Below, piece by piece: positions 13,313 through 25,326 of a stretch of 64,000 nucleotides of DNA. The DNA is from Torpedo marmorata. Lineage: Eukaryota. A model generated the notes under the pieces. That model was not told the origin of the DNA, made no database searches, and saw nothing but the letters and a program-made list of their open reading frames with translations. The position numbers and the translations under genes are program-made. Every line of letters starts with the position of its first letter. Within the stretch, counting starts at the first letter, position 1. The stretch lies in the NCBI GenBank assembly GCA_977017645.1, contig OZ360233.1:110422001-110486000 (forward strand). The letters are read 5' to 3'.

Positions 13313-13424
13313 TGTTGCTGGTTTTTCGTTACACACACACACTAGCTTTTAATTAGCTTTACAAAAGGAATGTCTTAAACCAAACTGGGATTCCTTCAAT
13401 TACCAAGATGGATTTGTAATTCAA

Positions 13425-13443
13425 ATCCTAGGACGAGCCCCCA
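13425..13443 (-). promoter_or_regulatory. Primer-binding site, tRNA-Pro type
   Basis: TGGGGGCTCGTCC(TA)GGAT just after the 5' LTR, versus canonical tRNA-Pro PBS TGGGGGCTCGTCCGGGAT. Confidence 0.88.
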
Positions 13444-13447
13444 ATTT

Positions 13448-14396
13448 TGTTACAACTTCAAACCAGCAACGACAGAAGACGCAATGCAAAAGGGGTAAAA
13501 TTGAAATTTATATTTATTAAAGACAATTAAACATATAATTTCACAACAATTAACCCCACTATAAACATTATTCTTATCTAAAAGGTGTGTGTGTGTATGT
13601 GTGTGTGTGTGTGTGTGTGAAGCCCAGACCATTACAGTCTGTGCCCAACCCTTATGTAAAAATGGAAAAACTTTCCCCAAAAAATACCCCAGGTCAGTCA
13701 TAAAAAACAAGTCAGTCAAAAAAAAGAATAATACAGTCCACAAAATTCACTCTCTAAGTTCAGGTTCCAAATTCAGCTCTGTGTGCTGGTTGAAGTACTT
13801 CTGAATAAACGTTGGAGAGAGACAATGACTGTTTATGCTTACAAATACTTGACTTGCTTATCTTCTCTGATGACGTTCCCTTCTTGTGTTTTCATAAGGA
13901 TTGCGAATTCAGATCCGTTTTGGAATTAAGGCGTATACTTGGATTTCACAGCCGGTTCCTCACAAAAGCTGTTTTCACAACTCAGGATTCTGCTGAATCA
14001 TCAGGCCTTGTTTTCCCCCAGCCTTTTCTCTCTGGGATGTACAAGCCTGGACTTTTCTGATTCAAGAGACTCTGTGCTATTCTCAGCACTTCTTCTCTGG
14101 GATGCACAGGCCTGGATCCTACTGAGTTCTCCCGCCTTTTCAACTCCAAAACCTCCACTGAGTTCATCTTCACTTTAGGCCTCACAAGAGAAACTCTCTT
14201 TGCAGCCTGGGTTTTTAAAGCTTCACAGCAAATGTGCTTTTCACAGCCTGTCTCCCCCTGATGTCTCTCTCTGGTAAATACAAGAATTCCTGGGCAAGTT
14301 AACTCTTTCAGTACCAGGTCCCAGTGTATACTCCAAAAGACTTCATCCTTCCTGCTGACCGTCTGCAGTCCAAACTGTCAGTCATGGTCCATAACA
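13448..14396 (-). repeat. 5' LTR (949 bp, TGTTA...TAACA) containing a (TG)n microsatellite
   Basis: Terminal inverted TGTTA/TAACA, adjacent PBS, homology to 1-106 and to both solo LTRs. Confidence 0.93.
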
Positions 14397-14818
14397 ATAT
14401 CCCTGCACAACCTCCACCTCCCCAATTAAGTAGGGCCAGCCTTTCTAGTACTTCATCCTTATCAATTATTACCCCATCCATTATCTTTACCTTTTCTACT
14501 GATATTTTTGGCAAATATCTTCCTTGCGACTTGTTTAATATTCCAACTATACCTTCTGCCTCTCTGCAAAAATCACTTTATTTTTTCCCTATCAGACCCA
14601 CCCTTCATTTTATAACCTATTTGTTATTTATATTCCTGAAGATTTCTGCATTCCTTTTTACATTAATTGCCAAACCTCTTTCCTGCTCTCTTCACTTTTT
14701 CTTCTCAGATGACTACATTCAACCTGGTTCTCACTTGAAGTTATTCACATGACAAACCCTTCACTCTCTTTTTCTCTTTGTCATCCAAGGAGCTTTGGTT
14801 TTGATTGCTTTATCGTTC

Positions 14819-15675
14819 TGTTATGGATCATGAGTGACCATTTGGACTGCAGACGGTCAGCAGGAAGGATGAAATCTTTTGGAGTATACACTGGGGCCAG
14901 GTACTGAAAGAGTTAACTTCCCCAGGACTTGGTGTACCCAGAGAGAGAGAGAGAGCAGAGAGAGACAGATTGTGGAAAAGATACTTTGTTGCACTTTTGC
15001 AAAAGCAGGTGTAGACCTCTGCAAAAAGCAGACAGTTGGGAGTTGCAAAGGCTAGAGAACACAGCCAAATCCAGGCTTGTGCATCCCAGAGAAAAGGCTG
15101 GAAGAATAGCACATGGCCTCCTGTCTCAGAGAAATCCTGAGTTAAAAGCAACTTCTGTGGAGAACAGGCATGAGATCAGCGAGACCAGCTGTGAGATCCA
15201 AGCACACGCCTAAATCAGTGGTATACTGATCTGAATTCGCAATCCTTATGAAAACACAAGAAGGGAATGTCATCAGAGAAGAAAAACAAGCCAAGTATTT
15301 GTAAGCATAAACAGTCATTGTCTCTCTCCAACGTTCATTCAGAAGTACTTCTACCAGCACACAGAGCTGAATTTGAAACCTGAACTTAGAGAGTGGAATT
15401 TTGTGGACTGTATTATTCTTTTTTTGACTGACTTGTTTTTAATGACTGACCTGGGGTTTTTTGGGGAAAGTTTTTCCATTTTTACATAAGGGTTGGGCAC
15501 AGACTGTAATGGTCTGGGCTTTACACACACACACACACCTTTTAGATAAGAATAGTGTTTATAGTGGGGTTAATTGTTGTGAAATTATATGTTTAATTGT
15601 CTTTAATAAATATAAATTTCAATTTTACCCCTTTTGCATTGCATCTTCTGTCGTTGCTGGTTTGATTTTGTAACA
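14819..15675 (+). mobile_element. Solo LTR of the Gmr1-like family
   Basis: TGTTATGG...TGTAACA, homologous to the reverse complement of 13448-14396. 4-bp TSD GTTC at 14815-14818 and 15676-15679. Confidence 0.93.
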
Positions 15676-15907
15676 GTTCTACCTTTTGGGAATCTATATT
15701 GCCTGGTCTTGAAACACCTGCTCTTTCAAGTTCCCCTATGGTTCCATTATAGTTTTGCCTGTAATAATTTGGTTCGATTTATCCTAGCCTTCCCAACCCA
15801 TTTAATTCCACTTTCAATTCTTCCTTGGCCCTCTGTCATTAAACTGTGCTCCCAATTGCTTTCTCACTGACACATAGCCCATTCGGCTAATTTCATTTCC
15901 CAGATTC

Positions 15908-16543
15908 TACCTTTCATGTCAACCTTCTACAGGAGCTCTATCGAGAGCGTCCTGGCCGGCTGCATCACAATGTGGTACCGTTGCTGCAGAGAAATGGATT
16001 GGAGGTCAATCCACAGGACCATAAGAGTGGCAGAGAGGATCACTGGAGTCTCCCTCCCCCCAATTGACATGATCTACCGAGAATCATTGTCTGAAGAGGG
16101 CGTGTAAAATCATGGAGGACCCCTTCCAACCCACACGCAGCATCTTTATATTATACATGTAGTACATTATACATAGTACAACGATATGTTATTTAATGTA
16201 ACTTAATGTCACTCTATTCTATTCAACAAAGGGTGGGGCAGGGGGGCAAGGTCAGGGGTAGCCTTACTGAAGCTCAGCCAAAGGGCCCGGGTGGTAGTTA
16301 ATCTGCCACTGCACAGGCATTGAGAATGTTGAACGACTAAAGGAACTGCTGACACTTACCATCCAAGACTCATTTACAAAACAATATTTATTTATATGTA
16401 TTGACGAAATACTTGTCCTGCATATGTATTGTTTGTCTGTCTGTGTTATGTCTGGTTGTGCGTCTGCGTGTTTTGCACCGAGGACCGGAGAACGCTGTTT
16501 CGTCGGGTTGTACTTGTGCAATCAGATGACAATAAACTTGACT
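15908..16543 (+). mobile_element. Rex1/Babar-like LINE 3' fragment, interrupted at about 16147-16316
   Basis: FYRSSIESVLAGCITMWY (DUF1891-like C-terminus) and TGACAATAAACTTGAC tail. Confidence 0.8.
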
Positions 16544-16750
16544 ACAATGCCCCCTTTCTTGTTGGATCAGAATTGTTTTGCTTATTTATTAATGTGTTTC
16601 AGAATCTAGGCAACACTGGCATCTCAATCTCACGAAGGTGATGAGCTGATTCTAGAACTCCTGCAGACCTTCTGCTGAAGGTGCTCTCAGTGCTACTGGA
16701 CTGGGAGTTCCTGCACTTAGACCGAACAACAATAAAGGTACAGCAATCTA

Positions 16751-16955
16751 CAGTAAAATAAAATCCCTGGTATCCGGCACCTATGGGGATTGGTAGATGC
16801 TGGATAAGTGAATTTTCCGGTTGCTTAAGATTGCGTGTTGTGACTGGCGAATTAACGGCGAGGCACACCAATATTAAACTTCTGTATTTTTTACCTATTT
16901 ATTTTCCGCATTTTTTTTTGCCGGTTGCTTGAATACCAGATAACGGGTTTTACAA
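16751..16955. mobile_element. Tigger/pogo-like MITE (~200 bp)
   Basis: TA-CAGTAAAA start and degenerate inverted end. Homologous to the split copy at 39402-40690. Confidence 0.65.
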
Positions 16956-17309
16956 TATTTCTACATCAAGATGATGGTTTTTGGGAGAAACAATGATCTT
17001 CAACTAAAAGTTCTTATGATATTAAAGATCACAATCCACAAATTTAACTTTTGATTTGTTTTTGAGATTGCTTAAATCCATACTTTGGATATTGGAAATT
17101 TCAGCGAGTGAAGAAAATAATATCTAAAATGTGTTTTCAGCAAATATTTTAGGAGTAGTTAGTCTCAAAGTGACGGATAATTGATGATAAATAGCAGCTA
17201 AGGTGTATCATCATGCTCAACATTAATACTTGCCTGTACTGGACCACCTCCTTGAGAAAAACATGGCAGATCCTTGAGGGTTCAACAAAATGTAGTCCCG
17301 ATGTGCACA

Positions 17310-18135
17310 CTGCCGGAGCTACTGTAACGGCAACCCTGCCACTTGTGTGGACCCGCGGAGAGCAGAGAGTGGAAACACAGCGCTCCCCCGCGGGGGTCCA
17401 ACCACCCAGTTCAACAGACAGGCTCCGTACAGGCTTTAAACGGCCTGTTAAAGGAGCCGACGGTGGTTTATTTTTAAATACTGTGAACGCGGGGTTTGGG
17501 CCCAAGATGGCGGTGCCTGTGTATAGCAGGGACCACGAGGGGTTGCAGACTCCAGGGAAGCAGAGACTGGCGCAGGGCACCAGGAAACAGGGAGATCACT
17601 GTTCGTTTGAGAAGGAGAAGCAGAGGAGATGACCCATGGGATGGTGACCATGGCAGCAGAGCAGCAAAGGGCTCTGAGGCTGAATAACACAAGTGGAGGT
17701 CCGTTGGTGACTCGAGGTGAGGAACCCATGCAGGCAGCGGGATGCCAGTGACTGTGGTCAACGGACTCACACCAGGCTGCGGACTGCTGGAGTTTGGCTC
17801 GAGTCTGGCTGTAGGGGTACCAGATATCGGATCCGGGATGCGAGAGGGAACCGAGGGTGCTGGAGGCTTTCTGATGGTGTTTGCATCTGGAGCTCGGGTT
17901 GATGGTTTGGACTGAAGGCTGTATGGCTACGGAGGCTGTGGGAGCGCTGGAGGCAAATGCATGGACACTCAATGACTCTGGGGGGACTCTCTTTTGCTTC
18001 TATTTCTCTGACTGTCAGGGGCACTGGGCAATTTCTGCTGATGGTGAATCTTTGTCTGCCTTACAGTAGACTAAAGGAATATTTGTGTAATATCACATTT
18101 TCTGTTTTATGACATGACAATAAAATCTTGAATCA
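17310..18135 (+). mobile_element. Non-autonomous GC-rich retroelement with a Rex1-like tail (copy A)
   Basis: Homologous to 29698-30370, 35351-36213 and 45095-45441. Contains CAAGATGGCG and ends TGACAATAAAATCTTGAATC. Confidence 0.75.
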
Positions 18136-18158
18136 TATTTATACATAATGCTGACTAT

Positions 18159-18327
18159 TGAGTTTGTAAGTTCTCCCTGTGTCTGCCTGGGTTTTCCCCG
18201 GGGCTCCGGTTTCCTCCCACCGTTCAAAACGTACCGGAGGTTGTAGGTCAATTGGGTGTAATAGGGCTGCACGGGTTCATGGGTCAAAATGGCCTGTTAC
18301 CGTGCTGTATGTCTAAAAAAAAAATAA
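18159..18327 (+). mobile_element. V-SINE, 5'-truncated
   Basis: V-domain GGCTCCGGTTTCCTCCCAC and family tail. Confidence 0.75.
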
Positions 18328-18869
18328 AATGATGGTTGTGTATTTTTCTCTTCTGGGTTCCCATGGCACATACTTTGTTTCATCCACGTCACAAATTGCA
18401 CCCACACTGATCAAGCTGAATATGTTCCCAAACGTTGTTCAATTGTTCTCTGCAACCAGTTATTGGGAGAGATTGGAGAAACCTTTTATTTAACTTCTCA
18501 TTTCCTACAGTGAGTTAATCTCTGCTCTATGCCTCTCCTATTGGTAGTCAGTGCTAAAAATTCCTATCATATTGAATCACAGTGACAGTTATCTCTGCTC
18601 AAATGTATTCTCAAAAGATCCTGATTCTTTCTGTCCTGCTTTTGAATTGCTTCCTAGATTTCAATGCCTCCTGTTTAACCACTGCTCTAATATTTGGAAT
18701 CAGATCGGACGAGAAATTACAAAGAATCAGAATTTATTGTCATGAACCTGTCACGAAATTCGTTGTTTTGCGGCAGCATCACAGTGCAAACATTTATATA
18801 ACTACATTACAAAATAAATAAAAATGGTGCAAGAAAAAGAAAAAGACAAAGTAAGGTAGTGTCTATGAT

Positions 18870-19445
18870 TCATTGTATTTACTGCATCTGGTGCTCCCTT
18901 TGTGGCATTCTCTACATCGGAGAGACTGGTCGTAGATTGGGCGATCGCTTTGCTGAGCACCTCCTCTCCGTCCGCAACAACAGCGACCTCCCAGCAGCCA
19001 ACAATTTCAATTACGAGTCACACTCCCATGTCTGTCCATGGCCTTATGTACTATCCCACCCAAACTACCTGCAAATTGGAGGAACAACATCTCATATTCC
19101 GTCTCGGCACTCTCCAGCCAAATGGCATTAACATTGACTTTTCTGCTTTCCACTAAATCTGCTCGCCTTTTCCTTCCCCTCCCCCTTTCCCTGACCTTCC
19201 AGTTTTTCCACCCACCCAGCCATCCCTCCTCCCCCTCATTGCTGCTGTCCCCTCCCTTTCTCCACCTATCATCTCCTGCCTTTGCCACCCCCCTTCCCCC
19301 CTCACTCTTTTGTTCGGACGCCTGCCGGCATTTTCTCATACTTTGATGAAGGGCTCAAGCCCGAAACGTCGGTTATGTATTTCTACCTTTGCTACATAAA
19401 GGGCACTGTTTGACCTGCTGAGCTTCTCCAGCATTTGTTTTTACA
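18870..19445 (+). mobile_element. Penelope 3' fragment (GIY-YIG and 3' terminal repeat)
   Basis: IYCIWCSLCGILYIGETGRRLGDRFAEH. Closely similar to the reverse complement of 52600-53190. Confidence 0.88.
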
Positions 19446-19452
19446 AGAAGCT

Positions 19453-20035
19453 ATCCTTGTGCCGCTGAGTGCTCGTCTTCAGGCTCCTGTACCTTTTTCC
19501 CCCAATGGTAGCAGTGTGAAGAGGGCATGGCCTCAGTGGTGGGGGCCCTTGAGGATAGAGGCTGCTTTCTTAAGACACCGCCTCGTGTAGATGTCCTCGA
19601 TGGAGTGAAGACTGGTGCCCATGATGTCGCAGGCCGAGTTAACAACCCTCCGGAGTTTTTTCTTGTCCTGAGCATAGGCACCTCCATACCAGGCAGTGAT
19701 GCAACCAGCCAGAATGCTCTCCACAGTACACCTGTATATTTTCGATAGTCTTCAGTGATATACCGTATCTCCTCAAAATCCTCAAAGTATAGCCGCTTGC
19801 GAGCCTTCTTTGTAATTGCATCGACATGGATGCTCCAAGACAGATCCTCTGAGATGTTGACACAGGAATTTGAAGTTCTTGACCCTCTCCACTGCTGACC
19901 CCTTGATGAGGACTGGTTCATGTTCTCCTGAAGTCCAAAATCATCTCCTTAGTTTTGCTAACGTTGAGTGCAAGATTGGTGTTGTGACACCACTTAACTA
20001 GCTGATCTATCTCTCTCCTGTAGGCTTCCTCATTG
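19453..20035 (-). mobile_element. Rex1/Babar-like LINE fragment
   Basis: ESILAGCITAWYG, ISEDLSWS, ARKRLYF. Confidence 0.82.
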
Positions 20036-21413
20036 AATTGTTCTTTCCCTTTCTTGGTCTGTCAATGGTAATATCAGGCCTGATTCATAAATCGGATCAG
20101 TGCAAACCGCCAGTTTTCTTCCAAGTTACACTGCTGACAGACCCAGTGGATTATCAGTCCACCAGCGGATACATCAGATTCAGCACAAGGGTCAATAAAA
20201 GGAGCAGACATGGAAAATAACTTAATAGCAAGTAACAAAAATTTAACTCAGGTCAGCCACAACTCAGCACTGAAATGTTATCCTAGGGGTGAAATGAAAG
20301 ACAAGAGTGACAATGCTCCCTTTGCAGCAGTGAGAAGCATTTGCAATACTTGGAGACAGCTAGACACTTTATATGCTGCCATTGATTGTGTGCAGGTCTA
20401 AGTAGCAATAGCTGTCAATGAGAAACAGAAGCACACACAACAACACACTCTTCATCACTTCATGTCAAAGTTAAATGTAACAGGGACTCTGCACAAATTC
20501 AATTTGGATTAATTTATGAAGAACTGTAATAGCTACAACTGCCACATGGATAGCTGTAAGTAATAATGAACCTTTTATCTTTTTAAAAAATTGAGGCCCA
20601 AGTTGGGTTACAATTAGACAGACCAGTTTCTTAAAGTGGAACTTTCTTTCATCAGATCAGCTGTTAATGGTGTGGCCTGAATTTATGCTTCACGTGTCAT
20701 TTGGGAAAACGTCTTAAGGTTTTCCACTACATTTTCTTGCCAGTGATAATCTGAAACCAGTGACTGATCTTAGCCATACCTCCAACCATCAAATGGAGAA
20801 CTGGCATTCTAATTGAATGCTTTAAAAAGAATCTGAGCCTTTTAAACCAAAAGCAGTCAGTCAGCATTCAGAACATTAAACCACTGCTGATCTGTTTTCC
20901 ACTTGATTCTAGAAGTACATTTAATGCAGCGACCATGCCAAACAGGTGGTAAACCATTCCAATTCTATCTCCAGAGGAAGTGGGAACAACTCAGTCTGAC
21001 ATTTTCTCATCCATTCATAAATTAGAAAGGAGCCTGCACGGGGAGTGAGAGGACTAAAGCTTTATCTTCCCTCTATTGAATTGTTTCAGCATTCCCCATT
21101 GCCTTTTGCATTCATTGAGGCCTTCCGAGGGTTGGTGCAGGTGGTGGTCCAGACGTTAAACACGACCGACATCCGCTGAACAACTTGCTTGGATTTTCAT
21201 GAAGCTGAATATGTTTTTACTGTCCTTGATCCTGAATTCTCTGGATACGTAACGCAATGCTGAAAGAGAGGCTCTGCCCTTGGGTTTGCTGCTCCTGTTG
21301 CACTTCCACAGGCCTGACTCAGAGAGAGACACAGAGAGATGAAGCACTGGGGTGGGTAGGGAAGAGATTGGTGGTGGTGGTGGATGGGTTGAAATCAGCA
21401 GAGGCCAGGTCAT

Positions 21414-21632
21414 TTAAATTTTTTTAATTTAAATTTTAAATTTAGACATACAGCACGGTAACAGGCCCTTTCAGCCCGTGCCACCCAATTACACCCAATT
21501 GACCTACAACCCAGGTTCGTTTTGAATGGTGGGAGGAAACCAACGCAGACAAAGGGAGAAGATACAAATTCCTTACAGACGGGGCCGGATTCCAACCTGG
21601 TTGCTGGTGCTGTAGCAGCGTTGTGCTAACGA
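21414..21632 (-). mobile_element. tRNA-derived V-SINE
   Basis: Reverse complement of the 23066 family, with TTTAAA-rich tail. Confidence 0.8.
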
Positions 21633-23065
21633 TGTCGTCTTGCCGTCATGTTTAGTGTTTCCAAGCAACATCCAAAGCTGGGACATGCCTTATACATCAC
21701 TTTCAAGTTTTACATTGGGTTTACCTGTTGGTGCTCATGACTTGAGGAAAGTAGTTGGAAGGGTGCAGAAATGAGTGACTTTGAATGTTTTGAAATGCAT
21801 CTAAGCAACACTCTCTCATATGACCAGAAAGTATGCAGTGATCCCTTGAGTTAAACAAGAAAGTCTGCAGATGCTGGGGTCAAGTGCAATTTATAAAGGT
21901 GCTGGAGCAACTCAGCAGGTCACACAGCAACCAGAGGAAGTAAGAGGCAACCAATGTTTCAGGCCTGAGCCCTTCGTCTGGAATCTGGCAAAACAGGTAC
22001 TGTTTATCTCAGTTTAGAGATTCCACTACTGTCTAGCATCTAGCAATACATTGGAAGGAAGGGAATAAACAGGTATTGCCACTGGCCCTTGTCTGCAGAG
22101 AAAGAGGGGAATCTTGTTTTATACCTTCCTTTCCTGGTTGTTAAAGACCATGAAATCTCCCAATATTTCGAGAGCATATCCCTACTCTGAAATAAATTAA
22201 CTTGATTGTTGGAGAAAGCAACACTATAAACAATCATGCCCTCATTATAACAAAGCATATTTACTTAGCAAGACTCACATCCTAACAAAAAAATAAATGA
22301 ATACAATTAAACTGCATTGTATCAAACTTGAAGAGACCACAACTTTTCCTCAATAAATAAGAAATGGAAATCTTGCTTCAACTTGAGCTGGTGTTATCAG
22401 CACATGCTTCTGAGTAACTGGGATAGCTCAAGCTTGGGATTCACAGGTTTGTAACCAGCAGATGTAATTTTAATAATTTGTTGCACTTCTACATTATAAG
22501 ATAGGGAGTATCTTGAAGCACAATCTCATCAAACAGGAGTTATTCATACTTGCTGCTATTAATTTTGATTAGTCATTAAGCTACACAGCACAGAAACAGG
22601 CCCTTAGGCCCAATTCATTCATCCAGCCAAGCTGCCCATCTGAATTAGTCCCATTTGTCTGCATTTGCCCCATATCCATTGAACCCTTTCCTATCCATTT
22701 ACCTATCCAAATTTCTTTTAAATATCGTAATTGAACCCATCTCTACCACTTCCTCTGACAGCTTGTTCCATGTACACACCACGGTCTGTGTGGAAAAAGT
22801 TACCCCACAGGTCCCTTCTATATCATTCCCCACCTCACCTTAAACCTTTAGTTTTAGTTTCTAATTTTAGATTTCCCCTACCCTGGAGAAAAGTCTGTGA
22901 CTCTTCGCTTTATCTATGCCCTTCATGATGCTAATTCTAAGGTCGCCCATCAGCCTCCTTGACTCCAGTGGAGAAAATCCTAGCCTCTGCTTGTAACTCA
23001 AGCCTCCAGCCCTGGTAACAGTCTTATTTGCCCCCTTTCCAGTTTAATGACATCCATCCATAAAA

Positions 23066-23310
23066 GGCGGCACAGTTAGCGTAGTGGTTAGCACAACGCT
23101 ATTACAGTGCCAAAGATCGGGACAGGGGTTCGAATCCCGTGCTGTCTATAAGGAGTTTGTACATTCTCCCCATGTTTCCCCGGGGGCTCTGGTTTCCTCC
23201 CACCCTTCAAAACATACCGGGGTTGTAAGTCAATTGGGTGTAATTGGGCAGCATGGGCTCATGGGCCGAAAGGGCCTGTTACCGTGCTGTATGTCTAAAT
23301 TTAAATTTTT
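23066..23310 (+). mobile_element. tRNA-derived V-SINE (HE1-like)
   Basis: A box TAGCGTAGTGG, B box GGTTCGAATCC, V domain, CR1-like 3' part. Confidence 0.85.
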
Positions 23311-24287
23311 AAAAAACTTCCATAACAAGGCCACCAGAACTACATGCAGTATTCCAAACGTGGGCTTACCAATGTCTTGTACAGTTGTAATATGATGTTC
23401 CAACTCTTGTATTCAATGCCCTGGCCAATGAAGGCAAGTGTGCCAAATGCCTTCTTCACTACCCTGCCTGCAAGTGTCCCCATTTTCGAGGAACACCTTC
23501 GGCCTCTCTGATCTACAACATTCCCCAGGGACCTACCATTTAATGTGCAAGTTCTGCCTTAGTTTGACTTAGCAAAATGCAACACTTCACACTTCCCTAA
23601 CTTAAACTCCATCTGCCATTCCTCAGTCTATTGACTCAGTTGATAGAGATCCTGTTGTGATCTTAGATAATATTCTTCATTATCCACTGCACCACCAAAT
23701 CCACCAATTAACTATGTATGCCACCTGCATTCTCATCCAAATCAGTGGAACCAGCACTGATCCCTGTGACATACCACGTCAAAGCCTGAAAAACAAACCT
23801 CTACCACCATCCTCTATCTCCTACCATGAAGCCAATTTTGTACCTAATTGACTAGCTCACTCTCAATCCCATGCCCTACCCTCAATCTTCTTGGTCACCT
23901 CTTCAAAAAAAAAAAATGCAATCAAATTTGTGAGGTATGATTTCTCACGCATAAAGCCATCATGACTACCCCTAATCAGTTCTGCCTTTCCAAATGCTGT
24001 TGTCAGAACCTGCTCCACTAACCTACTTATCGCATCGGTCTATCACTCCAAGCTTTTCCTTGCAACCTTTTCTTGAACAAAGGCACAACATTAGCCACTC
24101 TCCAGTTTTCCAGCACCTCACCCATGGCTCTAATGATGATACAAATATCTCTGCCAGGGCCCCTGTAATTTCTTTCCCAGCTTCCCACAATGTCCTAGGA
24201 TACAGTTGATCAAGCCCAGGAATATACTGACCTTTATGCATTTTAAGACCTCCAGAACCTCCTCTTCTGTAATGTTTCGAGACATAG

Positions 24288-24541
24288 GGTGGCACGGTTG
24301 GCGTAGCGGTTAGCACAATGCCTTTACAGCGCCAGCGATCGGGACCTGGGTTCGAAACCCGCGCTGTCTGTAAGGAGTTTGTACGTCCTCCCTGTGTCTG
24401 CATGGGTTTTCTCCGGGGGCTCCGGTTTCCTCCCACCCTTCAAAACATACTGGGGGTGTAGGTTAATGGGGTGTAAATTTGGCAGCACGGACTCGTAGGG
24501 CCGAATTGGCCTGTTACAGTGCTGTATGTCTAAATTTAAAA
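24288..24541 (+). mobile_element. tRNA-derived V-SINE
   Basis: A box TGGCGTAGCGG, B box GGTTCGAAACC, V domain. Confidence 0.87.
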
Positions 24542-24687
24542 ATCATTATATACTTCCCAAGTTCCCCAGCCATCATGTCTTTCTCCAATGCAGATGACAA
24601 ACTACTTGTTTAGAACTTCTCCCATCTCCTGGGGCTCCACACATAGGTGCCAACATTGACCTTTAAGTCCCTATTCTCTTCCAAGAG

Positions 24688-24858
24688 TGGCACGGTTAGC
24701 GTAGTGGTTAGCGCAATGCTGTTACAGCGCCAGCGACCGGGGTTCGAATCCGGCACTGTCTGTAAGGAGTTTGTACGTTCTCCCCGTGTCTGTGTGGGTT
24801 TCCTCTGGATGCTCCGGAAGGGCCTGCTACTGTGCTATATGTCTAAATTTAAATTTAA
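24688..24858 (+). mobile_element. V-SINE, internally deleted
   Basis: A and B boxes present; V domain joined directly to the tail. Confidence 0.82.
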
Positions 24859-25326
24859 AGTTACTCTTTTGCCATTAATATACTTGCAGAATCTCTTCAT
24901 TTCTCATTTACTTTATCTGCCAAAGCAACCTCCCGTACCATCTTTGCCCTCCTGATTTCCCTCTTAAGTGCACCCCAACATCCCCCCTCCTCGAGATTAA
25001 TTTGATCCCACCTATCTACACCTGACCCATGCCTCCTTCTGTTTTTGACCAGACCTTCAATGTATCCAGTCATTCCCAAATCCTGACAGCCTTGCCCTTC
25101 ACTTTAACAGGATCATGCAGTCCCTGAACTTTCGCCATCTCTCATACAAAATCCTCCCACTTGCCAGACATTCCTTGACCCGCAAACAGCCTCAAGCAAT
25201 CAACCATTGCAAGTTCCTGAATAATGCCATCAAAATTAACCTTGCCCCAATTAGGACTTTGACTTGTGGACCAGTCCAACCTTTTCCCATATTATTCCAT
25301 ACATCCCATACATGGCTTTGTGTGTG

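Larger units (their letters stand above)
1..14396 (-). mobile_element. Gmr1-like Ty3/Gypsy LTR retrotransposon (gag-PR-IN-RT-RH), disrupted by two L1 insertions; 3' LTR runs off the window edge
   Basis: 1-106 matches 14291-14396 (LTR ending ...CCATAACA). PBS and PPT are in the expected positions. Minus-strand ORFs give gag/CCHC/protease, then integrase, then RT (YIDD), then RNase H. Confidence 0.93.
22572..25300 (-). mobile_element. Old degraded CR1-like LINE interrupted by three SINEs
   Basis: 3' end (ACAGCACAGAAACAGGCCCTT) and body resemble the reverse complement of the CR1 at 25327-27071. Boundaries approximate. Confidence 0.6.

Noticed and set aside
16147-16316. Possible hAT-like MITE within a Rex1 copy
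   Set aside because: Only one TIR-like end (CAGTGGCAGATT); no matching second end or TSD was found.
17149-18069. Overlapping 60-170 aa ORFs (also at 35391-36246 and 29763-30437)
   Set aside because: GC-rich repeat; the frames are not conserved between copies and show no recognisable domains.
21156-21413. Minus-strand coding exon
   Set aside because: An acceptor-like site is present, but all frames stop without resembling a known protein.
23066-23150. tRNA genes (also at 24288, 24688, 27084, 33058)
   Set aside because: A and B boxes are followed by V-domain SINE bodies; no complete cloverleaf.
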